Source: the human T2T-CHM13v2.0 reference genome, Homo sapiens. Taken from it: a DNA stretch of 64,000 bases. Each line of letters opens with the position of its first letter. Position 1 is the stretch's first letter. The position numbers and the translations under genes are program-made. Shown in pieces: positions 44,380 through 56,262 of this stretch. The stretch lies in assembly GCF_009914755.1 (NCBI RefSeq), contig NC_060934.1. One strand, 5' to 3'. The notes under the pieces were generated by a model, which saw only the letters and a list, made by a program, of their open reading frames with translations, had not been told where the DNA came from and made no database searches.

Positions 44380-45330
44380 ACCCCGGAGCATCTCCTAGAG
44401 CCAGAAAGTAATGAAGTGTTAAAAAACATACCCCAAATCCCCAAACCATGGGGGTGTGTTTACAGGACACAGGACCCAACTCAAAGAGCTCTCAACCACC
44501 AAAGCTGTGACAATTTGAGCAACAAAACAAATCACAGAGAATTATAGCCCAAGGTATAAAATAGATAAAAGTCCATACTGATAACATAAATGATAGAATA
44601 AATAAACGAAGAAGGGACAAATCTCCCATGCAGAGTAATTCCAGTTTATTCATGTAGAGACTCCGTCTTCAAGGAGGTGGATTTTAACTCCCCACTCCCT
44701 AGATGTGGCCACACATAGTGACTTTCTTCTCAAGAATTCAGTATGGAAATCAGGGAGCAGAGGGTAACTTTCAGTGAAGAAACCTGACAAACACTCCCTC
44801 AGCTGGGTGATGAAGGCCAACAGCAACAGTGATGAGTCAGGCTGGTATCATGCACCCTTGACATGGCCTGATGAGGAAGCACCTTACCCCTGTGGGCTTC
44901 CTCCCCAATAGCCCCCATCTAACCATGAGAAAACCATCAGACGTACCCTAATTGAAGGACACAAAATACCTGCTCAGTGCTGCTCAAGACTTTTGATGAC
45001 TCAGTGCTGGTCATCAAAAACCAGAAGGTGGGAGAACCTGTCACAGAGAAGAAACAGAGCAGAGGGGCTAAGGAGACAGGAAGTTTAAATGGAATGTGGC
45101 ACCCTGGATGGGACCAGGACATTTGGGGGAAATTAGAGAAATCTGAATAAAATGTAGACTTTAGTTAATAACAGCATGTCAGTATTGGTTCGTTAACTGT
45201 GACAACCATACCATAGTAATGGAAGATGTTAACATTTGGAATAAACTGGGTATGGGGAGTTTCTGTAATATCCTTGCAACTTTTAGCTGAACCTAAAGTT
45301 ATTTTAAAATAAAGTTTATTTTTAGAATAA
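44380..45330 (+). mobile_element. L1MC/MD-like 3' fragment, sense to the gene
   Basis: gaagaaacctgacaaacact, aatctgaataaaatgtagactttagttaata, ending ctaaagttattttaaaataaagttt. Confidence 0.7.
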
Positions 45331-47161
45331 TAGGAATTCCAGGCCATTCGCCGCGAGGATTCAGTGAAGCAATGCAAGGAGGCGCTTGTGGGCTGTGCCA
45401 GCCATTAGTGGCAATGAGTGTTCTGCTTCTGTTTGAGCGCGGGTGGGCTTAATACCCCCAGGGTCTTGCTTTTTCAGCACTGGCCTCCACCTCTCCCTGT
45501 TTAAGACCTGCCCGAGCCTGGCTACCAAGCAGTGAGTGGACCTTTTACAACCTTCTTGAGTTGTAAACGCTCCTCATTCTCTCTCCTGGGCCAGAGAAAG
45601 CCCACCCCAGCCACCCTGCCACAGAAACTGGTTCTGGACAGCAGCTGAGTGTAGTGGCTAAGGAAGTGGGCCTGAGAGTCACAGAAATCTGAGTTCAACT
45701 CCTGGCCTTCTCACTTCTAGCTGCGTGGCCTTGGGCAAGTTACTTACCCTCTCTGAACCTTGGATGTCTTGCCTATGAGACGGAAATAATTCCTCTCCCC
45801 ATAGGGTTGTTGTGAGGCTGTATGCCAAGCCCTTGGCACAGTGCCTGGCACACAGTAGGTGCTTGGGGAGTAGCAGTGCCTCCCTCTAATCCCAGTACCC
45901 TCTACCATCTTCTCTTGTGCTGCCTTTTCTTCCCTTGGTCAGAGAGTGTCCTGACTTTTGCTTGTTTTTCTGGTACATACCCAGTGGTTATCTCAGGTCA
46001 ATATGTGGTGCTGAATCCTAATGTAGGGGTCCTGGCAGAGGTACTTTGAACATGGCGCAGAGGTGACTTTGAACTTGGCTCAGAGGTGAGGAGCAGGGAA
46101 GCTGGACACACTGCTCTGTTCTGCCCTGTGGGTGTGCCTCGTAGCCATCCTGTCTCGTGCCCAACCATGGGAAGCGATCCGTGATCTCCCCTGAGCTAGC
46201 TCCCTGGCCTCACCTCTGGTGTTTGGGAGGCAGCCATGGAGGGCCAAGGCAGACAGGGCCAGGTCCTGGGTGCACAGCCAGGCTGGAGTCTGTCAGCGAG
46301 CTACCTGTGCATGTTCCAGAGCAGCTGAGGTCCTGGCCATGGTGCCATGTGTCACACGGCCTCTGCAGTTCTACCAGACATGGCAGCCCTGTCCAGCCAC
46401 CTTCTTGGCCTGTGCAAAGTCTCAGGCAGCTTGAGCCAAATCAAAGACGCTGAGGTCCCTACTCAAGGGCTGGGGATGGCAGGGGTGTGTGCAGATGAGC
46501 GTACCAGGGCGCCAGAGGACTGCAACAGGGGACTTGGAATGGAAGGGCTAACTCCACCTTTTTTTTTAATGGGGTAGAAAGGGAATAAAATAAAAGCAGT
46601 TTATTTTTATCATCCTTATTTAGTATAAGAAAAGACCCAACTGTTTCTCATTGCCAAGCTCCTTTTCTATCACAGCCTCAAAACTCTTCACTTCTCCTTG
46701 TGCTTTAGGCTTCCTTTTTGGGATCATTTTCCATCTTCCCTGCCATTCCTTTAGTGGGGTCTGTGTAACAGTTTTTGTTTATCTGATAATGTCTTCATTT
46801 CATCATGGTCCTTAAAAGATGGTTTTGTGAGTTCAGGATTCTAGGTTGATGGTTTCTTTATCTCGGTGCTTAGATGGTGCTAATACAGTGTTTTCCGTTT
46901 GGTGAGTGATCTGTATTCTCTTTGACGGAGGTGTGCTTACAGGGAAGTCCATAAGAGACTGCGGTCACTGTCCGTCCCCAGAAAGGGAGCAGACATGCTC
47001 AGTGAAACTGCCAGCAGGAGACTTAAGGCCAGCAGAGGACGTGGAAGGGAAGGCTGAACAGGTCTCATGCCCCAGGGAACTTTCCAATGATGAAAAACTC
47101 CCCACTATTCAGTGCATGTGAGTACTGGCTGGGAAGAAATTCCCTGTCAGATGGAGGGGGA

Positions 47162-47527
47162 TGGCTTAGCCTGTTTGGGCTGCTGTAACAAAATATCCTG
47201 TGAGTAGCATAGAAACAACAGAAATTTATTTCTCACAGTTCTGGAGGCTGGGAAGTCCAAGATCAGGGCACCAGCAGATTTGGTGACTGGTGAGAGCCCG
47301 CCCACTTTCTGGTTCATAGATGGTGACTTCTCACTGTGTCCTCACATGGTAGAAGGAGTGAGGGGGTCTTTCAGGGGCTCCTTTTATAAGGACACTAATC
47401 CCATTCAGGAGGGCTCTGCCTTTATGACTTAATTACCCCCTAATGCCCTATCTCCTAATACCATTCCCTTGGGAGTTGGATTTCAACATATGAATTTTGG
47501 GGCAACACCAACATTCAGACCAAAGCA
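47162..47527. mobile_element. MLT1A-like MaLR LTR
   Basis: tggcttagcctgtttgggctgctgtaacaaaata...tctggaggctgggaagtccaagatcaggg...cattcagaccaaagca. Confidence 0.82.
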
Positions 47528-49290
47528 GTTGACTTTAGCTACCTTGGTTGCCAGTGACCTTGGGGTTCTCTTGGTGGCCCCACGTGGCTCATGCCTTCCT
47601 CTCCCCTGCTGCAAGCCTCTGCCCCTCTCCTTTTAAGGGCCCACAACCTTCTTGGTCCAGGGATCGTTCCAGCTCCTCCACTGAGACTTCCCTGAGCCCT
47701 CCTGCCCAGACGCTGTTTCCCTTTTCTCCAGATCCTGGAGCTGGGTGGTGGGGGTGGGGGCCTGAGCTGCAGAACTCAGAACACCAGGCACCTGAAGCCC
47801 TTGGTCTCGGGTTGCTTCTCAGTGGTATCTCCAGATGGGCTGTCCCTTTCTGTTTACATAGCATTTGCATCTAGGCCAGTTACCAGGGAGTGGGAAGTGG
47901 CATCAGGGGGCCTCACCCCACCTCCTGCCAATGTTGGACAGATGAGCTGTGATTCTATCTCCTGCTCAGACAGGCAGCAGCCCCCTGCCCAGTCCCACTG
48001 TAAGGACCTCTCAATGTCCTGAGCTGGAGATGGCAGCTGTTGGAGCAAGGGTCATTGGAGGCTTTGATGAGTGGGTTTGGCCTGTTGAGTGAGGTACAGA
48101 AATGAGAAATATGGCAGGAGTCTGGCAGCAATTCACATGGTCTGCCTTACAAGAAAGACACGTGGAGGAAGGCAGCAGCCCTGGGCATTTCCAGATGCCC
48201 AGAGGCCCAGCAGATGCCCCCGCTGAATGTCCCAGTGACTCCTTTCTTCTCCTGCCCCCGGGATAACTGATGGGTTTACATGAGTATGCGTGGGACACAG
48301 ATGTGGCTGTGCAGAGCGTGCATTGCCTGTGATCCTGTCCTTAGTCTGCTTATAGTGCACTCAGGGAGGTCTGCAACACTTACCCACCCCAGTACAGAAG
48401 GAAGGCCGTGATCCAGTGTTGGAGGGGCTGGGAAGTAAGGGTTACTTAAGGGTCACCCTACTGCAGATCCATGATCATCTCAGTGATCAGCAAAGACTCC
48501 TTAGTTTAGAATTCCACCAGGGAGCCTATGTGTGTGTGTGACTGATTGGGTGCCCCCTACTCCACCCTGAAGTCCCTCCTAGGATAAGTCTAGGGTGTGT
48601 GGATTGAGGAGGACATTGTCTCTACGCATTGGAGCACTTTACTCCCACTGGGGAGGGGAGGAGTTTGGGAAGGAAGCCCTGCTGCTCGTTGGACTATGGT
48701 CATTTCTTGTGGTGGGCATTGGCATTGTTCCTTGTGGTGGGGTGTTGGCAGGGAGCTGCTTCCCCTCAGTGGGTGCTGGTCTTTGGTCTTGCTACTCAAT
48801 TGGATCCAGATATGGGTGCCAGGAAGGCCCATGGCTGAAGCCTGACACCGGCTGCTCTGAAGTCTGCCCATTCATGAACTGGGGCAGCTGCCAGTTCTGG
48901 GCACTGCGGAAAGTGGCTTGGGACTGGGGCTTGGTGATGCACGCGGCTTCTGCTGCCCACAGTTTCGTGCTTACAGCCTGGCTGCCTCCTTGGCTGGCCC
49001 AGAAGGGGTATGCCAGCAAAGCGTACATCTCCTGTTCCCCTCCTGGCTCACCCCTTGCCATGGGACTGTCACGCCTGTGTGGTTGGAAGTGCTATTACTC
49101 TTCTCCGTGTGGTGGACAATGGTTGCTTTGTGGGTTGTAGGTTGATCACTTTGCTTTTGAGTGGAAAAGAATTGATGGCTGAAGGGCATGGGGAGATGGA
49201 AGTAGTGAGAGCAAGACTATGCATGGAGCTCCGGCCCAGCTCCTAGGAAGCCATGTGGGCAGGAGGCAGAGGCTGGGTTCCACTTCTGAT

Positions 49291-49503
49291 GGCATCACCT
49301 CCCTAACCGCACTGCTGGCATCACATCCCTGACTGCGCTGGTGGCATCACATCCCTGACCACACTGCTGGCATCACATCCCTGACCATGCTGGTGGCATC
49401 ACATCCCTGACCACACTGCTGGCATCACATCCCTGACCATGCTGGTGGCATCACATCCCTGACCACACTGCTGGCATCACATCCCTGATGGCGGCAGTGG
49501 CAT
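49291..49503. repeat. 26-bp minisatellite, 8 units, alternating A/B (52-bp dimer)
   Basis: GGCATCACATCCCTGACCACACTGCT / GGCATCACATCCCTGACCATGCTGGT; units start at 49291, 49317, 49343, 49369, 49395, 49421, 49447 and 49473. Confidence 0.95.
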
Positions 49504-49940
49504 TTTTTTGTAGAGACAGGGTCTCACTATGTTGCCCAGGCTGGTTTCAAAATCTTGGCCTCGGCCGGGCGCGGTGGCTCACGCCTGTAATCCCAGCACT
49601 TTGGGAGGCTGAGGCGGGTGGATCATGAGGTCAGGAGATCGAGACCATCCTGGCTAACACGGTGAAACCCCGTCTCTACTAAAAATACAAAATAATTAGA
49701 AGGGTGTGGTGGCGGGTGCCTGTAGTCCCAGCTACTCAGGAGGCTGAGGCAGAAGAATGGCATGAACCCAGGAGGTGGAGTTTGCAGTGAGCCGAGATCG
49801 CACCACTGCGCTCCAGCCTGGGCAATAGAGCGAGACTCCACCTCAAAAAAAAAAAAAAAAATCTTGGCCTCAAGTGAGCCTCCTACCTTGGCCTCCCAAA
49901 GCACTAGGATTACAGGCATAAGCCACCGTGCCTATGCCCG
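49502..49940 (-). mobile_element. FLAM/AluJ left monomer split by an AluY
   Basis: tttgtagagacagggtctcactatgttgcccagg...[AluY]...caagtgagcctcctaccttggcctcccaaagc. Confidence 0.82.
49563..49857 (+). mobile_element. AluY nested in the opposite orientation
   Basis: GGCCGGGCGCGGTGG start, gagatcgagaccatcctggctaacacgg; TSD AAAATCTTGGCCTC at 49549-49562 and 49858-49871. Confidence 0.94.
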
Positions 49941-51042
49941 GTCAAGATTAGGCTTTTAAATGTATTGAATGATGTTCCATGAAACAAGCAACATAGAAAC
50001 AGTATATTCAGTATGATTCCAATTTTGTAAAATAAGATGCATGCATGTACACACGTGGCATGATGCAGGTTAACTGTAGTTATTATTAAGTCTGACTAAT
50101 AGTAGTGTCGGTGATTTCATTTTCTTTTTTTGTAGTTTTCAGTTTTTATTTCTAGTGAGGTGTTTTGTATTCATAAACAAGGTTATTTAAAACAAAAAAG
50201 CTGGAGTATCCAATGGGACCACTCAGGAAATGGGTGTCCCCAGGAGAGGGTGAACTCCCTTTCCTTTAGGGTGGACAAGCAGAGGCTGAGTGTCCGCCTC
50301 ATGAACACTGTTCAGGAGCTTCCTGGCAGAGGAGTGCAAAGGGCTGCATTCTTTGATGAGCTGTGCAGGGCACTGGCCCACAGTCCTGGGCCTGTGAGAA
50401 AAAGGAATTATCTAGAGCAGTGCTCTTCAAACTTGCCCATGCCTGCCAGTCAGCTGGGGATCTTGTTCAATTGCAGATCCTTATTCAGGAGGCCTGGGGT
50501 GGGGCCCAAGACTCTGCATTTCTCACAAGCTCCCAGGTGCTGCTGCTGCTCCAAGGTCCTGGAGTATGTCTCCTGGAGGAGTGCCCACTGCTGCCTCCCC
50601 AGGGCCGGGGTACTGTAGGGCAGACATTATGCCAGTGGCAACTGGAACGGTACACAGGGATGTTAGGGCGAGTGGCCTGTGGTTCCCTGAGCCAGGTGAC
50701 CTGTCTGGAAGAGGCTCTCCAGACGTGGAAAGATGAGTCTTGGTCAGAGTTGCTGAGTTTGAGACCAGGCCCTCTACAATGTGGCTTTGTGGAAAGAGCT
50801 CATGGTTGGGATTACATGGTCTAAGATGTGAATCCCAGTTCTGCAGCTTGCTAGCAGTGTGTCCTCGGGCAGGTCATTTTGCCCCCTCAGTCTCAGTTTC
50901 TTTATCTGTAAAGTAGGATAAGTATCTTGCCTGATAAGGTCACGGTGGGGATACCATATGTTAGGTACCTACCCCAGTACCTGGCATGCAGTAGGCTTGT
51001 AATGAATGTTTCCTTCCCTTAAACTGTATTTTCTTCTTGCAG

Positions 51043-51126
51043 GTAGATGAGATTTACCACGATGAGTCCCTGGGGGTTCATATAAATATTGCCCTCGTCC
51101 GCTTGATCATGGTTGGCTACCGACAG
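51043..51126 (+). CDS. ADAMTS14: ADAMTS14 exon 5 (84 nt, phase 0-0)
   Basis: Acceptor ttcttcttgcag|GTA; donor CAG|gtaaac; encodes VDEIYHDESLGVHINIALVRLIMVGYRQ. Confidence 0.96.
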
Positions 51127-51850
51127 GTAAACCACCTTGTCAGCAGGCAGGGTTTGCGGGGAGAAGGGTTGTGGGGCCAGAGTGTTGGACCAGCAATGGT
51201 GTGGGCTGCAGGGGTAAGCATCCAGGAATCTGTTTCCAGAATCAGAACTTGAGGCTATTAGAATTGTGGCTTCAGTGATGGAGCCTTTGGAGGTGGTAAG
51301 CAGCAATTTATGGTTTCCTACAATCTGAGAAACTGACGATTCCACACCTTTATCACTGGGAGATCCCTCTTCTTGGGGAAACTGGGGCTTACAGTGGGGT
51401 GGCCACTGAGACAAGTCATGTTATGGTTGAGCCCTGGTGCCCTGCGCTCTGCAATCTTAGACTACCAGTCACCTATTATTAAATGGGGGTAGCCACCAAA
51501 CTTTCCTGTAAGGGCTATTGTGAAGATTAAATAAAGCAATGAATGCAAAGTATAGAGGAAATGCTCAGAACAGCACCTGCCTTGCAGGTTAGTTGAAGGG
51601 ATTGGAAATTGTGTGTGTGAAGTTCCCGGCAGAAACGCATCTCAGCATGGTGCTTGGCACGTGATCATCCCTGAAAGCAGGCAGGGCTGTGTGCCAGCAG
51701 CAGTTGAGTGGGGACAGCTGGTGATCTTGGGGTGGGTCCTGCAGTCCTCTGGGCCTTAGCGTTCCCATCTGTAAGTGGGAGGAGAGAGGCCTGCTGTTTC
51801 TAGGGCTCTGACCCTCCACGTGGCTGTTGGTGCTCTCCCGGCCCCTGCAG

Positions 51851-52007
51851 TCCCTGAGCCTGATCGAGCGCGGGAACCCCTCACGCAGCCTGGAGCAGGT
51901 GTGTCGCTGGGCACACTCCCAGCAGCGCCAGGACCCCAGCCACGCTGAGCACCATGACCACGTTGTGTTCCTCACCCGGCAGGACTTTGGGCCCTCAGGT
52001 ATGCAAG
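51851..52007 (+). CDS. ADAMTS14: ADAMTS14 exon 6 (148 nt ending 51998 or 157 nt ending 52007; tandem donors)
   Basis: Acceptor cccctgcag|TCC; donors TCAG|gtatgc and CAAG|gtactg, 9 nt apart; encodes [50 protein letters not shown](MQG). Confidence 0.95.
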
Positions 52008-52809
52008 GTACTGTATTTGCCATGGCCAGGTGTGTGCAGCATGCACGGCAGACAGAGGCTGGGCCTGGAGGCAGATGGGCTCTCTTCTGGGGCCCACCAC
52101 ATGGAGGTTTGAAGGGATGGGACCTGGACAGCCGAGGATGAGCTTTGCAATGGTTTATTGGGACCGTGGGAAGTAGAGGGGTCCCTACTCTTGTCCCCGA
52201 TATTTTGGTGGAGGCTGCAGGCAGCTGTGAGTGGTCAGGCCCTGGGTCCTGTGCTTAATGTCCCAGAGCCTGGCTGCTGGAAGACCCTCCATGGGCTTCA
52301 AGATGCTTCTCTCCACACTGTGTCCTTCTGTCCTCATTGCAGACTGTGGGACACCTAAGATGGGGCTTGTGTGGGCTGCAGAACAGGAAGTCTGTGCTCT
52401 GCCTCCAGCTCCACACCTTGCCAACCCAGTGGTCCAAGATCTCTTCATCTCCCTGGGTCCTCCCAATTGTGGAATGGGGAACATCATAATACTTGCCTTC
52501 CCCCATTCCAGGGCTGCTAAAGGCCCCGGGGGTGCATGACATGTTTGTGACAGAGTATTGACAATTGTAAATACTCTGCAAACATGCAGCTTTGATACCC
52601 ATATGGGGAAACTGAGCCATGGGGTGGTGAAGAGACTTGCCCATGTGGTTTAGCAGACAGGAGGCAGATGTGAGACTCAAACTGGATCTCCAGGTTCCAT
52701 GTTGAAGGCTTTCTATTTTTTTCTGCTTTAATGCTGGAAATCAGTTGGTCAGCCCTGCCTACCCAAAAATTTCTTGTCTGAATGACTGAAGCCCCAAATG
52801 TGGTTTTAC

Positions 52810-52812
52810 ACA

Positions 52813-52850
<38 letters not shown>

Positions 52851-53070
52851 ACAGACATCCACACACATGTACAGGCCCATGTGCACACAGACACATGCAC
52901 ACATGCAAATAGACATAAGCCAGTGTGTACATGTACAGATATACAAACACACACGTATACACAGACACACAGAGACACTGCATACATGTAGAGACACAAA
53001 GACACATGTACATGCATGCACAGGCACTCACATAGACACAGACATGCACACACATGTATATCACATGTAG
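52810..53070. repeat. (CA)n microsatellite followed by CA-rich low-complexity sequence
   Basis: Pure CA run at ~52814-52848, then degenerate. Confidence 0.9.
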
Positions 53071-54010
53071 AGCAAATCTCAGCCTTCCAGGACAACAGAG
53101 GCCCCAGAAACCTCCTTCCCACTCAGCCTCTTGCTATACTCCCCAAACCATGTCAAATAAAAGAACATTTCAGCTCCTCTAACATGAAGGAATAGCTCTG
53201 TCTGGGGGGACTGCAGGCCTAGGCAGGGACATGCCCTTTGTCATTACCCCCACCTTGGAGGCCCCTAGGACACAGGCCTCATGCATGGTAGTGCTTAGCT
53301 GGTGCCGGCCCCCCTGCACTGCCATGATTCCTGTGTGGCCTGCCTGCACCTTGGCCTGTGTCCTCCCCACCTCTGAAGAGTTGTCTCAGCTGTCCTTCAC
53401 TGCCCTCCATCAGCCATTCCTGGTCCCCCTCAACTCCTTCCAAACCATTCCCTTTCCCCTTCCTCCAGCTCCCCCGCTGCACCCTGGCTTGCTTCTTGAA
53501 TTCTAGCCTTTCTGGCCCATGCCTCATCACGTGATCTCCCTGCCAAACCACAGTTCTTTAGCTGTGGTGGTGGGTGGGTAGCGGGGTGTTGCAGGGTCGG
53601 GGTAGGCTCGGATCTGAGTCTCCTGTTTTCCCCCTGGTACCTAACATAATGCTGCCCCCAACTCCTGCATAGAAAGTGTTCGGAGCTTGTTTGCTGATTG
53701 ACTGTGGGACTGGAGGGAGGCATTGTGGAAGTAGTGTGTTTGCAGGCCCGGGTGTTCTCTGGTTTAGAGGGGCGCTGATAAACCCTGGGAAACTGCAGGC
53801 CAAGAGGGAAGCCATCAAGCCCTAGGATGTGAGGGTGGCTTGGCCCAGGTTTGTTTGGCTGCAGGTGGGACTTTGTGAGCATCTGTCTTCCTCCAGGAAC
53901 GTCCCCACTCCAAGCACTGACCAGAGGGCTGGGCTGGGCACAGACCTCAGTGTGTCCTGCCTCACCTGCCCTCCACCTCGCTCTCCACCTTTTCTTTCTC
54001 TCTTCGGCAG

Positions 54011-54116
54011 GGTATGCACCCGTCACTGGCATGTGTCACCCCCTGAGGAGCTGTGCCCTCAACCATGAGGATGGCTTCTCCTCAGCCTTCGTGATAGCTC
54101 ATGAGACCGGCCACGT
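54011..54116 (+). CDS. ADAMTS14: ADAMTS14 exon 7 (106 nt, phase 1-2), first half of zinc-binding motif (HETGH)
   Basis: Long pyrimidine tract then ggcag|GG; donor CACGT|gtaagt; encodes [34 protein letters not shown]. Confidence 0.97.
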
Positions 54117-55641
54117 GTAAGTGGCAGCAGCACGGTGGGTGGGACTGGCAGCTGTGCCGTGAGCTCCAGGGAATTCTGTGGCTGTGGGAGGATTTGCCCA
54201 GCTTGGCCTGGTCCCAGTGTCCTGGGAGGTGTCAGAGGAGCTGGCCTGCCACTGCGGCATGGCCTCCTGCAGTTACCAGTAGAGGGAGGCCCTAACCTGA
54301 GTTAGGAGGAGCCAAGGGGCATGAGTAGTAATTTGGGCCTGCCTTGGGCCCAGCCTCCAAATCCCAGGGCCATAGGGGACCAGATGTGGCCCTGCCTTTG
54401 GGTGGGTCAGTGGCAGTGTCCCCATCACACGCAGAGGCCTGCTCTCTCTGGGTGGTCTTGATCTCTGGCTTCCCTCCATCACGTCCACATTTGAGGCCTT
54501 TCTAAGACTTGATCCAGCCCACCCTGATACTCAGCACTCATTGGAGTGCTGGCCTGAGCCCACTGTAAACAGGTGCACTTAGAGCTTAGGCGGTGGGCCA
54601 GGCAGAGGCTGGCTTGCCTGATCTTAGGGCTTTGGGTTTTGTTTAGAGTGTGTTCATTCATTCAATATTTCTTGAGCACCTACCATGCACCGGGCCCCAT
54701 TCTAGGAATGAGGCTACAGTGGAGACCAGGACAGAGAAGCCCTCAAGAGGCTACATGCTGGGTGGACACAAATGAGCTACTGTTCAGTAGGTCATGCCAT
54801 GTCACAGGGGCAGAACCAAGAGACACCATCAGCCCTGTTAGATTTTATCCCAGCTCTGCTCCTCCAGGCAGGTGGGACCTCCTCTCCACACCTGCAACAT
54901 GGGGCTGACACCAGGGGAACCTCTGAGGCCCCTCCCTGTGGAGACACAAGGTCAAGCTTATAGGCCTGTGTATCTGCCTAGCAATCAAAGCCAGATGCAG
55001 CCATCTGGGAATGTTTAAGAACTTAGAATTCTTGGGATTTGGCATTAATGACTAATTGTGAAGAGCAAACTTTTAAATGTAAACTCTTATTATGGTAGGT
55101 GCCTACCATGTGCAAAGCTCTGTGCCCAGCCTTGCAGAGTCTTGGAGAGGCTCAAGAGGCAGGCGCTGACAGGGGCTCAAGAAATGAGGTTGAGTTGAGT
55201 TGAATGAAACCTGGTCTTTGCACTCAAAGGCCCTCTGTGGGAAGCCAGCGAATGGCTATGAGTTTTTAATGGTGGGATAGATGGCTCCTGCTGTGGAGGT
55301 GAGCCCACAGGTGAGACAGCTAGGACCAGTGGCCGAGTGGGGCTTGATCTGGCCTTGGAAGCTGTAAGAACATGGGTGGAGCTCACAGAAGGGGTGGGTG
55401 TCTGGGAGTGGTGAACAGCAGGAGCGAAGGCTTGGAGGGCAGGATGAGCCCCGTCCCAGTGGGAGCAGCCTTGGAGAGAAGATTGGTCCTCCCCACTACG
55501 TGGTTGGAATACTGAGGCCAGGAAGAGCGATCTGAGCTCCGGGTCAGGTCAGGGTCTCCTGCTGCTGGCCTGCCTGCCTGCCTGCCTTCCCGGGGCAGGC
55601 TCCTGGGATGTATCAGGACTCCTCTGTCTTCCCCATTCCAG

Positions 55642-55785
55642 GCTCGGCATGGAGCATGACGGTCAGGGGAATGGCTGTGCAGATGAGACCAGCCTGGGCA
55701 GCGTCATGGCGCCCCTGGTGCAGGCTGCCTTCCACCGCTTCCATTGGTCCCGCTGCAGCAAGCTGGAGCTCAGCCGCTACCTCCC
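55642..55785 (+). CDS. ADAMTS14: ADAMTS14 exon 8 (144 nt, phase 2-2), third zinc His and Met-turn
   Basis: Not present in the ORF track in this frame; read by hand. Acceptor ccattccag|G; encodes [47 protein letters not shown]; donor CC|gtaggt. Completes HExxHxxGxxHD. Confidence 0.96.
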
Positions 55786-55966
55786 GTAGGTCATTCCTGC
55801 CCTCAGAGCTGGGATAGGGGAGCATGCGACCTGCCACTCTGAGCAGACATCACACAGCTGGCTGGCTTCCCCACGTCGCCCCTGGCTTGACTCTTCCGTG
55901 ACTCATCTCGCCTCCCCGCCAAACCTGGCCTAAAACATACCCCATTAGCATAGCAGGTGGGTTAGT

Positions 55967-56143
55967 CTAGTGTTTCAGAACGTGTTCAGGTGACCATTTA
56001 CATAGAATTCTTATTAAAAATGCAGACCCCCTGGCTCATGGAAGATGGTAAGTTAGATTCTGCTGGGGTTGGGTCTAGGAAGCTGGATTTATCAAGCATT
56101 GCAGGTGATACTTATGCCTGCTGAAGGTTATGAGCCACTGGGC
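55967..56143. mobile_element. MER5-like hAT element just upstream of the exon 9 duplicate
   Basis: ttaaaaatgcagacccc...caggtgatacttatgc...tgagccactgggct pattern. Confidence 0.6.
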
Positions 56144-56167
56144 TGAGGCTTGGGGCTCTAAACCCAG

Positions 56168-56262
56168 TGGCTCCTAACGACCCCTTTGAGCCCACCTGGC
56201 CCCAGCCCCCAGAGCTGCCCGGGATCGACTTCTCAATGGATGAACAGTGCCACTGTGGCTTT
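56168..56262 (+). pseudogene. Degenerate partial duplicate of ADAMTS14 exon 9 (pseudo-exon) in intron 8
   Basis: 56179-56262 aligns without gaps to 56948-57031 with 10 mismatches in 84 nt by hand count; [28 protein letters not shown] vs [28 protein letters not shown]. Confidence 0.9.

Noticed and set aside
49291-49503. CRISPR-like regular repeat
   Set aside because: Head-to-tail units with no unique spacers, no cas genes, and a human intronic context.
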